Assembly: GCF_000008625.1 (NCBI RefSeq)
Contig: NC_000918.1
Location: 330,001 to 362,000, forward strand
Length of the DNA stretch: 32,000 nt
Reading direction: 5' to 3'
From: Aquifex aeolicus VF5
Lineage (GTDB): Bacteria > Aquificota > Aquificia > Aquificales > Aquificaceae
In this document: one piece after another, positions 1 to 8,227 of the stretch
Numbering within the stretch: position 1 is the stretch's first letter
How the letters are laid out: each line of letters starts with the position of its first letter
Translations under genes and position numbers: made by a program
The notes under the pieces: generated by a model
What the model saw: only the letters and a program-made list of their open reading frames with translations
Told to the model about the DNA's origin: nothing
Databases searched by the model: none

Positions 1-319
1 ACTTGAACTTGGGAACACTCTTTCCCCACTCAATCCAGCCGAAAACCTCACCGGGGAATACGAGCCTTACTATTATGCTCCTTCCGTCGGAAGTTTCTTT
101 TATTAACTTAACGAGACCTTCAACGAGTATGAATATCCCCGGTTCTGCCTCCTCTTCGAAGAAGATATACTCTCCCTTCATGTAATTCCTGACTTGTATG
201 TACTTTGCAACTTCTCTTAATTCCTGAGGACTCAAATCCTCAAAGAGGTGCGTTTTCTTGAGGAGATCTATTTTTAAATCCTCTGGAGTTTGCCCTTTGC
301 TAAAAGCTCCTTGCGCCAT
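1..319 (-). CDS. Crp/Fnr-family cyclic-nucleotide-binding regulator, N-terminal part (runs off left edge)
   Basis: Absent from the ORF track because it leaves the window. Reverse-strand ATG at 319-317 is preceded by GGAGGA (rc of 321-330). My translation is MAQGAFSKGQTPEDLKIDLLKKTHLFEDLSPQELREVAKYIQVRNYMKGEYIFFEEEAEPGIFILVEGLVKLIKETSDGRSIIVRLVFPGEVFG, a typical start of a cNMP-binding domain. Confidence 0.7.
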   Translation of the reverse strand, partial: MAQGAFSKGQTPEDLKIDLLKKTHLFEDLSPQELREVAKYIQVRNYMKGEYIFFEEEAEPGIFILVEGLVKLIKETSDGRSIIVRLVFPGEVFGWIEWGKSVPKFK

Positions 320-416
320 CCTTTTCCTCCTACAACAACAGTTGGTTCAAAAACTACGTAATCTGTGTGAAAGGGGACCTTGTTCTTACCTCCGAAGGTG
401 TGGTTGTCCCCTATTG

Positions 417-1355
417 CTACGTGGATAGTTCCATAATCTTTTCCGCTTCCAGAATGTTGTCAGCCCTTCTAGCCTTCGGATTTGTTCCCACACCAAATTC
501 CGCAATGTAGCGGGCGTTAGGGTAAGTGTCGAAAACCCTCTCCAGTTCGTACCTGTAATCTTCAAAGCCCTCTATTCTCTCAACCGCTCCGTCTTTAAAG
601 TAAAGGGTTATCTCCCTTTCTAGTTTTCTGTTTGGAGCGTACAGAATTACGAGTTTTCCGAAGGCACTTTCCTCAATGGGTGCTATGAAAGCCTCTCCCG
701 CCGGAAGGTTTCCGTAAGAGCCGGGTTCTGTCAGGAGCCCCGTATCGGGAATCCCCTTCCTTCCCTTTATAGAAAACTCTAAGTTTACGCCGTAAGGACT
801 GCTGACCTCAACGTACTCACCTTCCGTCAGTACTTCCGCTATATCCGTGCTCAGCTTCGCAACGTAATCCCAGTCAACGTCCATCGGTCCTAAGAACATC
901 TCGGGTTCAAAGAGAGGCATAGACGCGTATCTCGCTTTAAAAACGTCTGTCAATACTTTTCTGTAAGTTGTGTGAGTGGTTGAGTAGTGGGAAAGGGCGA
1001 TTACAACGTTCGGAACTTTTTCGGAGTAACTTTTTAAAATTTCTGCGAGTTTTTCGTAATCGTAGGGCTCTTTATTCAAAACCTTTTCAAAAATTCCCTC
1101 TTCCTTTAAAACTTCTACAGCCTTTTTACCGAAGGTTTCAACCCACAGAACTTCTGGAGGTTCTTTACCGTGCTGTCCCGTAGAGGGGAAAACGATAGTT
1201 TTTACCTCCGGAGTTATACCTTTTGCTACTTTTTCAATTTCCTTTAAAACCTCGGATAATTCCTTCCTGTAGTCGTCCGTGAACGCCAGTAAGTACTCAT
1301 TACCCTTTAGGGCTAAATTGATTGTAAGAAGCTTTTGTATCTGAGGTTCAAACAT
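417..1355 (-). CDS. M29-family aminopeptidase (AmpS/PepS/aminopeptidase T-like), 3' end apparently frameshifted
   Basis: 312-aa ORF with M29-like layout (GNLPAGEAF, EFGVGTNP). The conserved distal motifs GTIHVAIGDNHTFGG...HTDYVV lie in another frame downstream (432-274). Confidence 0.8.
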   Translation of the reverse strand: MFEPQIQKLLTINLALKGNEYLLAFTDDYRKELSEVLKEIEKVAKGITPEVKTIVFPSTGQHGKEPPEVLWVETFGKKAVEVLKEEGIFEKVLNKEPYDYEKLAEILKSYSEKVPNVVIALSHYSTTHTTYRKVLTDVFKARYASMPLFEPEMFLGPMDVDWDYVAKLSTDIAEVLTEGEYVEVSSPYGVNLEFSIKGRKGIPDTGLLTEPGSYGNLPAGEAFIAPIEESAFGKLVILYAPNRKLEREITLYFKDGAVERIEGFEDYRYELERVFDTYPNARYIAEFGVGTNPKARRADNILEAEKIMELST

Positions 1356-1381
1356 TTCTAATTAATAATAATAAAAAATTT

Positions 1382-2350
1382 TTATCGGATTGGTACTCCG
1401 ATTCCTCCGAGGAGGTACTTGAGATCTTCGTCAACAAACTCCAGACCTACACCTCCAAAAAATCCCCTTAACTTCGAGTTTAAAAGATCGTCCCCGCCGA
1501 ATCTAACGTACAGGTTCCTGTTTATGTACCAGTGAATGCCGATTTGAAGGTTCGGTTTCAAATCCTTATCCTGCGGTCTGTCCTTTCTCCCGAAGTCCCA
1601 GAGATCCGCAAACAGGTACTTGTCCCTGTAAATGTAGTAATCCGCTCCTACACCTCCGGTGTTTTCTTTAAGCCCACCCCTTAAAGTTAATGTCCTTCCG
1701 AAAAGGGAGAAGTTTCTGGCGTACTGGAGCGTAAACTCTGGCTTGAACTCCTTCTTCACCACTTCCCTTCCGTCGAGGTACTCTTCTCTGTAAACCCTTC
1801 CTCTTGAATCTCCTACAACTTCCAGCAAGTAGTACTTATCCCTGTCTGGAACAAGTCTGACGGAAAGTATTCCCTTTGAATCCCCTTCCCTGTAGAGTTC
1901 TCCCCTGAGTCCTATGTAGAGCTGCGTCTTTTCCACAACCTTTCCCGCCTTTCCTAAAGCTTTAACACCCTGATTCACGTTCTCGTAGAGTTCTTCGTCT
2001 TTCAGGAGTTTCCCGAGTGTTCCTTTTCCGCTTTCAAGATCTGCGAGTATTTTATCCAGTTTGTAGGAAGCCCTCGAGAGGTTTTCCGTAGTCTTCCTCA
2101 GGGAAACGAGCGTTTTGTTTATGTTTACTTTGTTGTTCTTAACAACTGTGTTCAAATTAACCGAAAGCTCCTTTAAGTTTTCAACCAGAACGGGAAGGTC
2201 GTCTTTTACCTTTTCCATTACTATTGAGAGGTTGTAAGCTATTTTTCTTATATCCTCTCTGTTTTCAAGGAGTATTCTGTCCGCGTCCGAGGAGAGCTTA
2301 TTCAAAGTAGCGAGGAGAACGGGCAGATCCCTGTTTAAAGATTCTGTCAA
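1382..2350 (-). CDS. C-terminal part of MCE/MlaD-family envelope protein (helical repeats plus beta-rich tail)
   Basis: 322-aa ORF that begins only at a TTG directly after the frame switch. It continues the ENRE../NL..L helical repeat pattern of the upstream MCE ORF. The beta-rich C-terminal ~180 aa starts at YIGLRGELY. Confidence 0.6.
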   Translation of the reverse strand: MTESLNRDLPVLLATLNKLSSDADRILLENREDIRKIAYNLSIVMEKVKDDLPVLVENLKELSVNLNTVVKNNKVNINKTLVSLRKTTENLSRASYKLDKILADLESGKGTLGKLLKDEELYENVNQGVKALGKAGKVVEKTQLYIGLRGELYREGDSKGILSVRLVPDRDKYYLLEVVGDSRGRVYREEYLDGREVVKKEFKPEFTLQYARNFSLFGRTLTLRGGLKENTGGVGADYYIYRDKYLFADLWDFGRKDRPQDKDLKPNLQIGIHWYINRNLYVRFGGDDLLNSKLRGFFGGVGLEFVDEDLKYLLGGIGVPIR

Positions 2351-2951
2351 TTGTTTTAAATTCTTCAGAGCTAAGTTTATGTTTTCCCCTGTTCTGTTCC
2401 GTGATCTCGTTTAAGTTCTTTATCAGGTAGTTTAGGTGAGCTATAGTTTGTCTTAAGTTTTCCCTGTTTTCAAGGAGTATGGTATTTAAGTTTTGGGCTA
2501 CCTTTTTAAATTCTTCCGCGGTCTGAGTCAGGCTCGCTATTAATTTATCCGTGTCGCTCACGGTTTTTACGTTCTTTATCTCACTTCTCGGTGGGAGTTC
2601 TCCGCTCTCGGGACTACCCGGCTTCACCGCCAGGTACTTGTCTCCCATGAGTCCCAAGGTTCCTATTGAGGCAATGGCGTCTCTGTATATGGGAATTTCC
2701 TCCTTTACTTCAAAAACTACCTTAACCTTCCCCCTCTCCAGGATTATTTCTTTAACTTTGCCCGCTCTTACACCTGATACCCTCACCTCCGCTCCCTTTG
2801 AGAGTCCAGCAACTTCGTCAAAGTAAACGAGGTATTCCTTCATTTTGGGTTGAAAGAAAGGGATTTCACCGAAGGTTAAAACCAGAAAGGCAAAAGCCAA
2901 AGAAACGGCTACTACAAAGGCTCCGAGTTTTAATTCTGTAGTGAGTCTCAT
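2298..2951 (-). CDS. MCE/MlaD-domain protein, N-terminal part (TM anchor plus MCE domain)
   Basis: Start taken at the ATG at 2951-2949 (MRLTTELKLGAFVVAVSLAFAFLVL TM anchor). MCE-domain pattern: YLVYFDEVAGLSKGAEVRVSGVRAGKVKEI...GLMGDKYLAV. The longer track ORF (to 3059) would overlap bcp. Confidence 0.75.
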   Translation of the reverse strand: MRLTTELKLGAFVVAVSLAFAFLVLTFGEIPFFQPKMKEYLVYFDEVAGLSKGAEVRVSGVRAGKVKEIILERGKVKVVFEVKEEIPIYRDAIASIGTLGLMGDKYLAVKPGSPESGELPPRSEIKNVKTVSDTDKLIASLTQTAEEFKKVAQNLNTILLENRENLRQTIAHLNYLIKNLNEITEQNRGKHKLSSEEFKTIDRIFKQGSARSPRYFE

Positions 2952-2979
2952 TCTATGAGAATAGTTTATAATACTAAAC

Positions 2980-3465
2980 ATGCTAAAAGAAGGAGATAAG
3001 GTTCCCAGTTTCTGCCTTCCCGGGATAGACGAGGAAGTAAACGAAAGGGAGATTTGCATAGATGAGTTTAAGGGAAAGAAAGTAATCCTCTACTTTTACC
3101 CCAAGGACAATACGCCCGGTTGCACACAGGAAGCCTGCGACTTCAGGGATAACCTGAACCTTTTAAAGGAAATGGGATACGTCGTGATAGGCGTAAGTCC
3201 TGACAGCACAGCATCCCACAAAAAGTTCAAGGAAAAGTATGGACTGAACTTTATACTCCTTTCGGACAAGGATAAAAAAGTAGCCGAAATGTTCGGGGTT
3301 TACGGGGAAAAGAAGGCTTACGGCAAGGTAACTAAAGGGATTATACGTTCAACTTTTCTTATAGACGAAGAGGGGAGGATAATAAAGGAATGGCGAAACG
3401 TAAAGGCAAAGGGACACGTAGCGAAAGTAATAGAAACCTTGAAGAGCTTAGAAGAAAAGCAGTAG
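2980..3465 (+). CDS. bcp: Thiol peroxidase Bcp (peroxiredoxin, AhpC/TSA family)
   Basis: 161 aa. YFYPKDNTPGCTQEAC carries the peroxidatic Cys in the TPGCT context. Length and layout are typical of Bcp. Confidence 0.9.
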   Translation: MLKEGDKVPSFCLPGIDEEVNEREICIDEFKGKKVILYFYPKDNTPGCTQEACDFRDNLNLLKEMGYVVIGVSPDSTASHKKFKEKYGLNFILLSDKDKKVAEMFGVYGEKKAYGKVTKGIIRSTFLIDEEGRIIKEWRNVKAKGHVAKVIETLKSLEEKQ

Positions 3466-4088
3466 AAATAGTAAAGAGACTAGAAAAAGTTTACCTCAAC
3501 CCGAGGCTCGAACTGGAGTACGAAAATGCCTTTCAGCTCCTCGTTATGGCTATACTCGCAGCCCAGGAAAGTGACAAAGTCGTAAACAAGGTAAGTAAAG
3601 AGTTCTTCAAAAAGTACAAAACTCCTCAGGATATAGCAAGGGCAAATTTAGAAGAACTGGAAGAGGACTTAAAACACATAAACTTCTACCGAAGAAAGGC
3701 AAAGCTTATTAAAGAGTGCTGTGAAAAATTAATAGAGCTCTACAAGGGAGAGGTTCCCAAAAGTGTGGGAGAACTAGTAAAACTGCCGGGAGTAGGGAGA
3801 AAAACCGCAAACATGGTAATAGGTGGAGCTTACAACCTTCCTGCGATAATAGTTGACAGACACGTCCACAGAGTGGTTGAAAGGATAAGTCTGAGCAAAC
3901 AAAAGAACCCTGACAAGATGGAGATGGAATTAAGCGAAATAGTCCCTCAGGAGCTCTGGACAAAGTTTTCCCTTTTGCTCCTAAACCACGGAAAGACTAT
4001 ATGTAAAGCGAGAAATCCGGAGTGTGAAAAGTGTCCGATACTTGACCTTTGTGAATACGGACAGAAGAACCTCAAAGGCAGGAAATGA
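3390..4088 (+). CDS. nth: Endonuclease III (DNA glycosylase/AP lyase)
   Basis: HhH-GPD motif LPGVGRKTANMV, IVDRHVHRV, and a 4Fe-4S cluster loop C-x6-C-x2-C-x5-C (CKARNPECEKCPILDLC). The only in-frame start upstream of the conserved core is the ATG at 3390. Confidence 0.9.
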   Translation: MAKRKGKGTRSESNRNLEELRRKAVEIVKRLEKVYLNPRLELEYENAFQLLVMAILAAQESDKVVNKVSKEFFKKYKTPQDIARANLEELEEDLKHINFYRRKAKLIKECCEKLIELYKGEVPKSVGELVKLPGVGRKTANMVIGGAYNLPAIIVDRHVHRVVERISLSKQKNPDKMEMELSEIVPQELWTKFSLLLLNHGKTICKARNPECEKCPILDLCEYGQKNLKGRK

Positions 4089-5367
4089 AATCCTCTGCAA
4101 ATTCTGGAATAAGGACTCTGTCATCGTAAGTCAAAACTTCCTTTTCTTTTTTCAATAGAGGTTCTGTTTTTTCCCAGAGTATCTCCGTCTCCTCTGCGTC
4201 CAGAAAGAGCGTCTTGTCTCCCCTTATGACGTCCAGAAGGAGGGACTCGTAAGCTTCGGGAATTTCTCCCAGAACGTCTTTGAGGGAAACTCTCCAGTTA
4301 ATACTTTCCGTACACCTCAAAAAGCCAAGTGGAGATATAACGTTTACCCTAAAGGAAACTTCCTGCTCTGGATAGAGTTCAAAAACGAGTAAATTTCTCT
4401 CAGGAACGCAGCCGAGAAGCCGTTCAATCTCCTTCGGGAAGTTCTTAAAGTGGATGCACACCCTCGTCAATTTTTTCTTTAACTTTTTTCCCGTGGCGAG
4501 TACGAAAGGCACTCCGGTGAAACGCTCGTCGTCAAAGTGGAGTTTTACAAGGGCAAAAGTGGGAGCTTTTCCTTGATAACTTTTGTACTTTCCGAGTATC
4601 AAGCTCTCGGACTCAAACTCGGCACGCTTTAAGGCGTTCTTCAGCTCAAAGTGGAAGTCCTCCGCCCTTGGAGGGAGTCTCATAACGATTAAAGAGGAGA
4701 GGAGCAACATGTGATTCTGTAGCATGTCCCTTATGACTCCCACTTTCTCGTAATAAGCTTTTCTGCCCTCTACTCCCACCTCTTCAAGGGCAATTACCTC
4801 CACCTTCTCTACAAGACACTTGTTTAAGACTTCGGAAAACACGTAATTTGAGAACTTAAAGGCGAGTATATTTTGAACCTGCGGCTTTCCGAGGTAGTGA
4901 TCTATTCTGAAGATTTCTTCTTCTTTGAAATAAACGGAAATTATTTTGTTTAAGTCCTTTGCGTGCTTTAAGCTGAGGCCGAAAGGTTTTTCAATAACAA
5001 TACGTTTTTCTGGAAAGTTCAGGTATTTTCCTACGTTTTCTAGAATTTCCTTGAATAGGTCGGGAGGTACCGCAAGGTAAAAAACTTTTAAAGATTCTTT
5101 TCCTAAAATACTTGATATATTTTTATAACTCTCTTCCCTCTCCGCGAGGAATTCTACGAACACGAATAACTCTGAAAAATCCTTAAACTTTTCTTTTATT
5201 TCTTCAAACTTTTTCCTATTCCTGCCTAAAATGTAAATCTTCTTTAAATCTATTTTGTCTTTCAGTTTCAGGATTGCGGGAATTAATTTATTTCTGCTCA
5301 GATCCCCGGTTCCGCCGAAGATTATAAATTCAATCCTTTTTCTTAACTCTGTGTCTCCCGAACTCAT
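4072..5367 (-). CDS. zwf: Glucose-6-phosphate 1-dehydrogenase
   Basis: IIFGGTGDLSRNKL (NADP site), EKPFG, RIDHYLGK signature. 431 aa. Confidence 0.9.
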   Translation of the reverse strand: MSSGDTELRKRIEFIIFGGTGDLSRNKLIPAILKLKDKIDLKKIYILGRNRKKFEEIKEKFKDFSELFVFVEFLAEREESYKNISSILGKESLKVFYLAVPPDLFKEILENVGKYLNFPEKRIVIEKPFGLSLKHAKDLNKIISVYFKEEEIFRIDHYLGKPQVQNILAFKFSNYVFSEVLNKCLVEKVEVIALEEVGVEGRKAYYEKVGVIRDMLQNHMLLLSSLIVMRLPPRAEDFHFELKNALKRAEFESESLILGKYKSYQGKAPTFALVKLHFDDERFTGVPFVLATGKKLKKKLTRVCIHFKNFPKEIERLLGCVPERNLLVFELYPEQEVSFRVNVISPLGFLRCTESINWRVSLKDVLGEIPEAYESLLLDVIRGDKTLFLDAEETEILWEKTEPLLKKEKEVLTYDDRVLIPEFAEDFISCL

Positions 5368-6232
5368 ACCTCAAAACTGCCAAAACTTTGTTTTTAAATA
5401 GATCTTTCTCCCTTGATGAAAACCTTTCGTAAAAGGATTGAGCTATTACGGGAATAGGGGCTCCGAGTTCTACGCTTTCTTTAACGCACCACCTGCCCTC
5501 TCCGCTGTCCTCAACGTAACCCTCCACGTCTTCAAGGTCTCCGAAGTCTTCAAAGGCTTTAACAAGGAGATCAATCAAAAAAGAACGTATTACGCTTCCC
5601 TGCGAGTAAACTCTCGCAACTTCTCTCAAATCGTAATCAAAAGGAGACTTTTTTAGGAGCTCAAAGCCCTCTGCTATCGCTTCCATAATTCCGTACTCAA
5701 TACCGTTGTGAACCATTTTCGCAAAGTGCCCCGCACCGCTACTTCCAAGATAAGCGTACCCCTTTTCCTCGTAGGCCAAATCCTTAAAGAGCTTTTCGTG
5801 TTTTTTAAAGACTTCTTCATCTCCGCCTATCATAAAGGAGAAGCCCGTATCCTTTCCGAGAATCCCTCCGCTTACTCCAACATCCAGAAAGTTTACATCT
5901 ACTTCCTTTAGTTCCCTATACCTCCTCTGGGAATCTTTATAGTAAGAATTTCCTCCGTCTATTACCGTATCTCCCTTATTTAGAAAAGGTTTTAAATTTT
6001 GGAGAACCTCGTCCACTGCGGTGTGTGGAACCATTAGCCACACAGTTTTAGGAGAAGGGAAGTTTTTTAGATTTTCATAAGAGTTTAAAACCTTTATCCC
6101 TAGGTCCTTTTTGGCTCTTTCTCTGGTTGTTTGTGTGCGAGAATAGCCGTAAATCTCCCAGCCTCTGTTCTTGAGTCTGTAGGCGAGGGCAGAGCCCATG
6201 CGCCCCAGACCTATGAGGAAAAGTGTTTTCAT
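5330..6232 (-). CDS. gnd: 6-phosphogluconate dehydrogenase, short (about 300 aa) form
   Basis: N-terminal Rossmann motif LIGLGRMGSALAYRL, then GGNSYYKDS, GVSGG, GAGHFAKMVHNGIEYG. Confidence 0.85.
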   Translation of the reverse strand: MKTLFLIGLGRMGSALAYRLKNRGWEIYGYSRTQTTRERAKKDLGIKVLNSYENLKNFPSPKTVWLMVPHTAVDEVLQNLKPFLNKGDTVIDGGNSYYKDSQRRYRELKEVDVNFLDVGVSGGILGKDTGFSFMIGGDEEVFKKHEKLFKDLAYEEKGYAYLGSSGAGHFAKMVHNGIEYGIMEAIAEGFELLKKSPFDYDLREVARVYSQGSVIRSFLIDLLVKAFEDFGDLEDVEGYVEDSGEGRWCVKESVELGAPIPVIAQSFYERFSSREKDLFKNKVLAVLRYEFGRHRVKKKD

Positions 6233-7026
6233 TACGTTCCCTGTGTGAGGCCGAGTTCCTCAGGTGTGAGTTCTTGAATAGCCTGTTTGAGATTGTCAAA
6301 AACTGTGTAGAAGTCTTCCCCGAGAAATCTCACTCCTTTTCCGTAGAGCTTCTGGAAGGCGTAGGAAACGATCTTGTGCTTTTCGTAGGACATGGTAATT
6401 CCGAGCTCTTCCGCCTTTTGATTTAGAACTATTTTTACTTCTTCCAGTTTTCTCGCCCTGTTTTCCCTCTCCTTTTCCGCTTCCTTCAGAGGCATGTCAA
6501 GGAATTCGTCCACTTTCTGGAGTATCCTCTCAAAGTAAGAGCCCGGGAACTTTCTGTCTCCGAGCCTTTCAATAACAAAACCTATCGTTATGTAGAAGGG
6601 GTATTCAATAAAGGGTTCAAGTTCGTACTCCTTCATGTCTGGATTTTGCTGAAGTTTTTCCATAAACAAGTTGTAAGCTTGAATGGCTTTTTCTTTGAGT
6701 GCAGGAGCTTTTTCAATGTTAAAACTCAGGATGTAATTTCTGAGCTCCTTAGGAAGTACAAAGGCGGGAACCTTTTCAAGTCCGACGATCTTAGCTGCTT
6801 CCAGTCTGTGTTGACCATCAATTACTTCGTAATACCCTTCCTGTTCTTCCGGAACTACCATTATGGGATCTATAAAACCGAGTTTTTGAATTGAGCTGAC
6901 AAGCCTCTCTATTAATGTTTCCGAAAGGGGTCTTTCTATGGGCGGGATAACGACTTTGTCCGTTTCCACTTCCTTGAAGATAATTTCGTATCCCTTTACC
7001 GGTTCCGTGTATTTGCATTCGTTCAT
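6232..7026 (-). CDS. ParB N-terminal-domain (ParB/Srx-fold) protein with DGQHR motif
   Basis: PIMVVPEEQEGYYEVIDGQHRLEAAKIVGLEKVPAFVL matches the ParB-like nuclease/NTP-binding domain. The ATG at 7026 has AAGGAAGG 7 nt upstream; the track ORF starts at the GTG at 7032. The stop overlaps the gnd ATG by 1 nt. Confidence 0.7.
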   Translation of the reverse strand: MNECKYTEPVKGYEIIFKEVETDKVVIPPIERPLSETLIERLVSSIQKLGFIDPIMVVPEEQEGYYEVIDGQHRLEAAKIVGLEKVPAFVLPKELRNYILSFNIEKAPALKEKAIQAYNLFMEKLQQNPDMKEYELEPFIEYPFYITIGFVIERLGDRKFPGSYFERILQKVDEFLDMPLKEAEKERENRARKLEEVKIVLNQKAEELGITMSYEKHKIVSYAFQKLYGKGVRFLGEDFYTVFDNLKQAIQELTPEELGLTQGT

Positions 7027-7113
7027 TTTCACACCTTCCTTTTTAAACTTTTTAAGTTCTCTTTTATAAAATTTATATCTTTTAAAGGAAAAGGCAAAGA
7101 AAGGGATGGAGAA

Positions 7114-8085
7114 TTACCACTGAGGAACGATTTTCTTCTTTCCACTGAGGAACTTATCCACCGCTAGGGCCGCTTTACATCCCATTGCCGCGGCAACTAC
7201 CGCCTGCTTTACCTCGTTACAGAGCACGTCTCCCGCCGCAAAAACTCCCGGAACGGAAGTCATCATCTCCTCGTTCACCACTATACAATCCCCCTCCGTC
7301 ATCTCAACCTGACCCATTAAGAAATCAACGGATGGCTTCGTTCCCCCGAGAAATATGAACACACCGTTCACCTCTAAAAGCTTTTCCTCTTTCTTTTCGA
7401 GATCCTTGAGTTTTATTCCCTTAACCACCTGATCTCCAACTATTTCGATGGGTCTGTGTCTAAGGAGTATTTCAACGTTGGGGAGTTTTTCAAAGTGTTC
7501 TATTACCTCGGGAGGTGCTTTTATCTTGCTTCCGGGAACAACGAAGAAAACTTTATTTGCAAACCTCGCTATAAATTCCGCCTCTTCTATGGCGTAGTCG
7601 TCGTCACCGATGACCGCAACGGGCTGGTCTTTAAAGAATGCGGCGTCACAAACTCCGCAGTAAGAAACTCCCCTTCCGAGAAACTCCTCCTCTCCCTTGA
7701 ACTTATTAGCCCTTTCCATAGCACCTGAAGCAACTATTATGGTTTTGCCCCTGAACTCCCTTCCGTCTATCGTGTAAACTTTTTTAGGATCGCTGTTTAA
7801 ATCCGTAGCTATCACTTTTCCCCTTACGAATTCAGCTCCGAAGCTCTTCGCCTGTTCTCTCATAATCTTTAAGAGCTCGTATCCCGAAAGCGGACCCGGA
7901 ACGCCTGGGTAGTTTTCTATCTTCTGGGTAACCCCGAGGGCTCCGTCAGCTTCCGCTCTATATAAAACCAGCGTTTTCCAGCCAGCACGTGCCGTGTATA
8001 TGGCTGCAGTCGTTCCCGCAGGTCCCGCACCTATTATTATCACGTCGTAAACTTTATCGGGTTGTTGCATCAGGCTTACAGCCAT
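7114..8085 (-). CDS. trxB: Thioredoxin reductase
   Basis: FAD motif VIIIGAGPAGTTAAIYTARAG, redox-active CGVCDAAFF (CxxC), distal GVFAAGDV. SD AAGGAGG upstream. Confidence 0.9.
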   Translation of the reverse strand: MAVSLMQQPDKVYDVIIIGAGPAGTTAAIYTARAGWKTLVLYRAEADGALGVTQKIENYPGVPGPLSGYELLKIMREQAKSFGAEFVRGKVIATDLNSDPKKVYTIDGREFRGKTIIVASGAMERANKFKGEEEFLGRGVSYCGVCDAAFFKDQPVAVIGDDDYAIEEAEFIARFANKVFFVVPGSKIKAPPEVIEHFEKLPNVEILLRHRPIEIVGDQVVKGIKLKDLEKKEEKLLEVNGVFIFLGGTKPSVDFLMGQVEMTEGDCIVVNEEMMTSVPGVFAAGDVLCNEVKQAVVAAAMGCKAALAVDKFLSGKKKIVPQW

Positions 8086-8227
8086 TTTCGTACCTCCTTG
8101 CGACAGTTGAAAATTTTACAACCTATATCAATATGTTAAAAGATAGAAAATTGCATAGCTTAGAGGGAACATATAGATGAAGAGAGATTTTTTAGAGGTG
8201 GGAACTTGGGTTTAAAGAATTTGTTAA

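Noticed and set aside
3-185. 60-aa plus-strand ORF at the left edge
   Set aside because: It lies opposite the much better supported Crp/Fnr-like coding frame on the minus strand.
2952-3059. Long N-terminal extensions offered by the ORF track (also 9605-9727, 12750-12791, 13921-14034, 13742-13966)
   Set aside because: Each extension overlaps a neighbouring gene or a divergent start. Each also precedes an internal Met that begins the recognisable signal peptide, TM anchor or family N-terminus.
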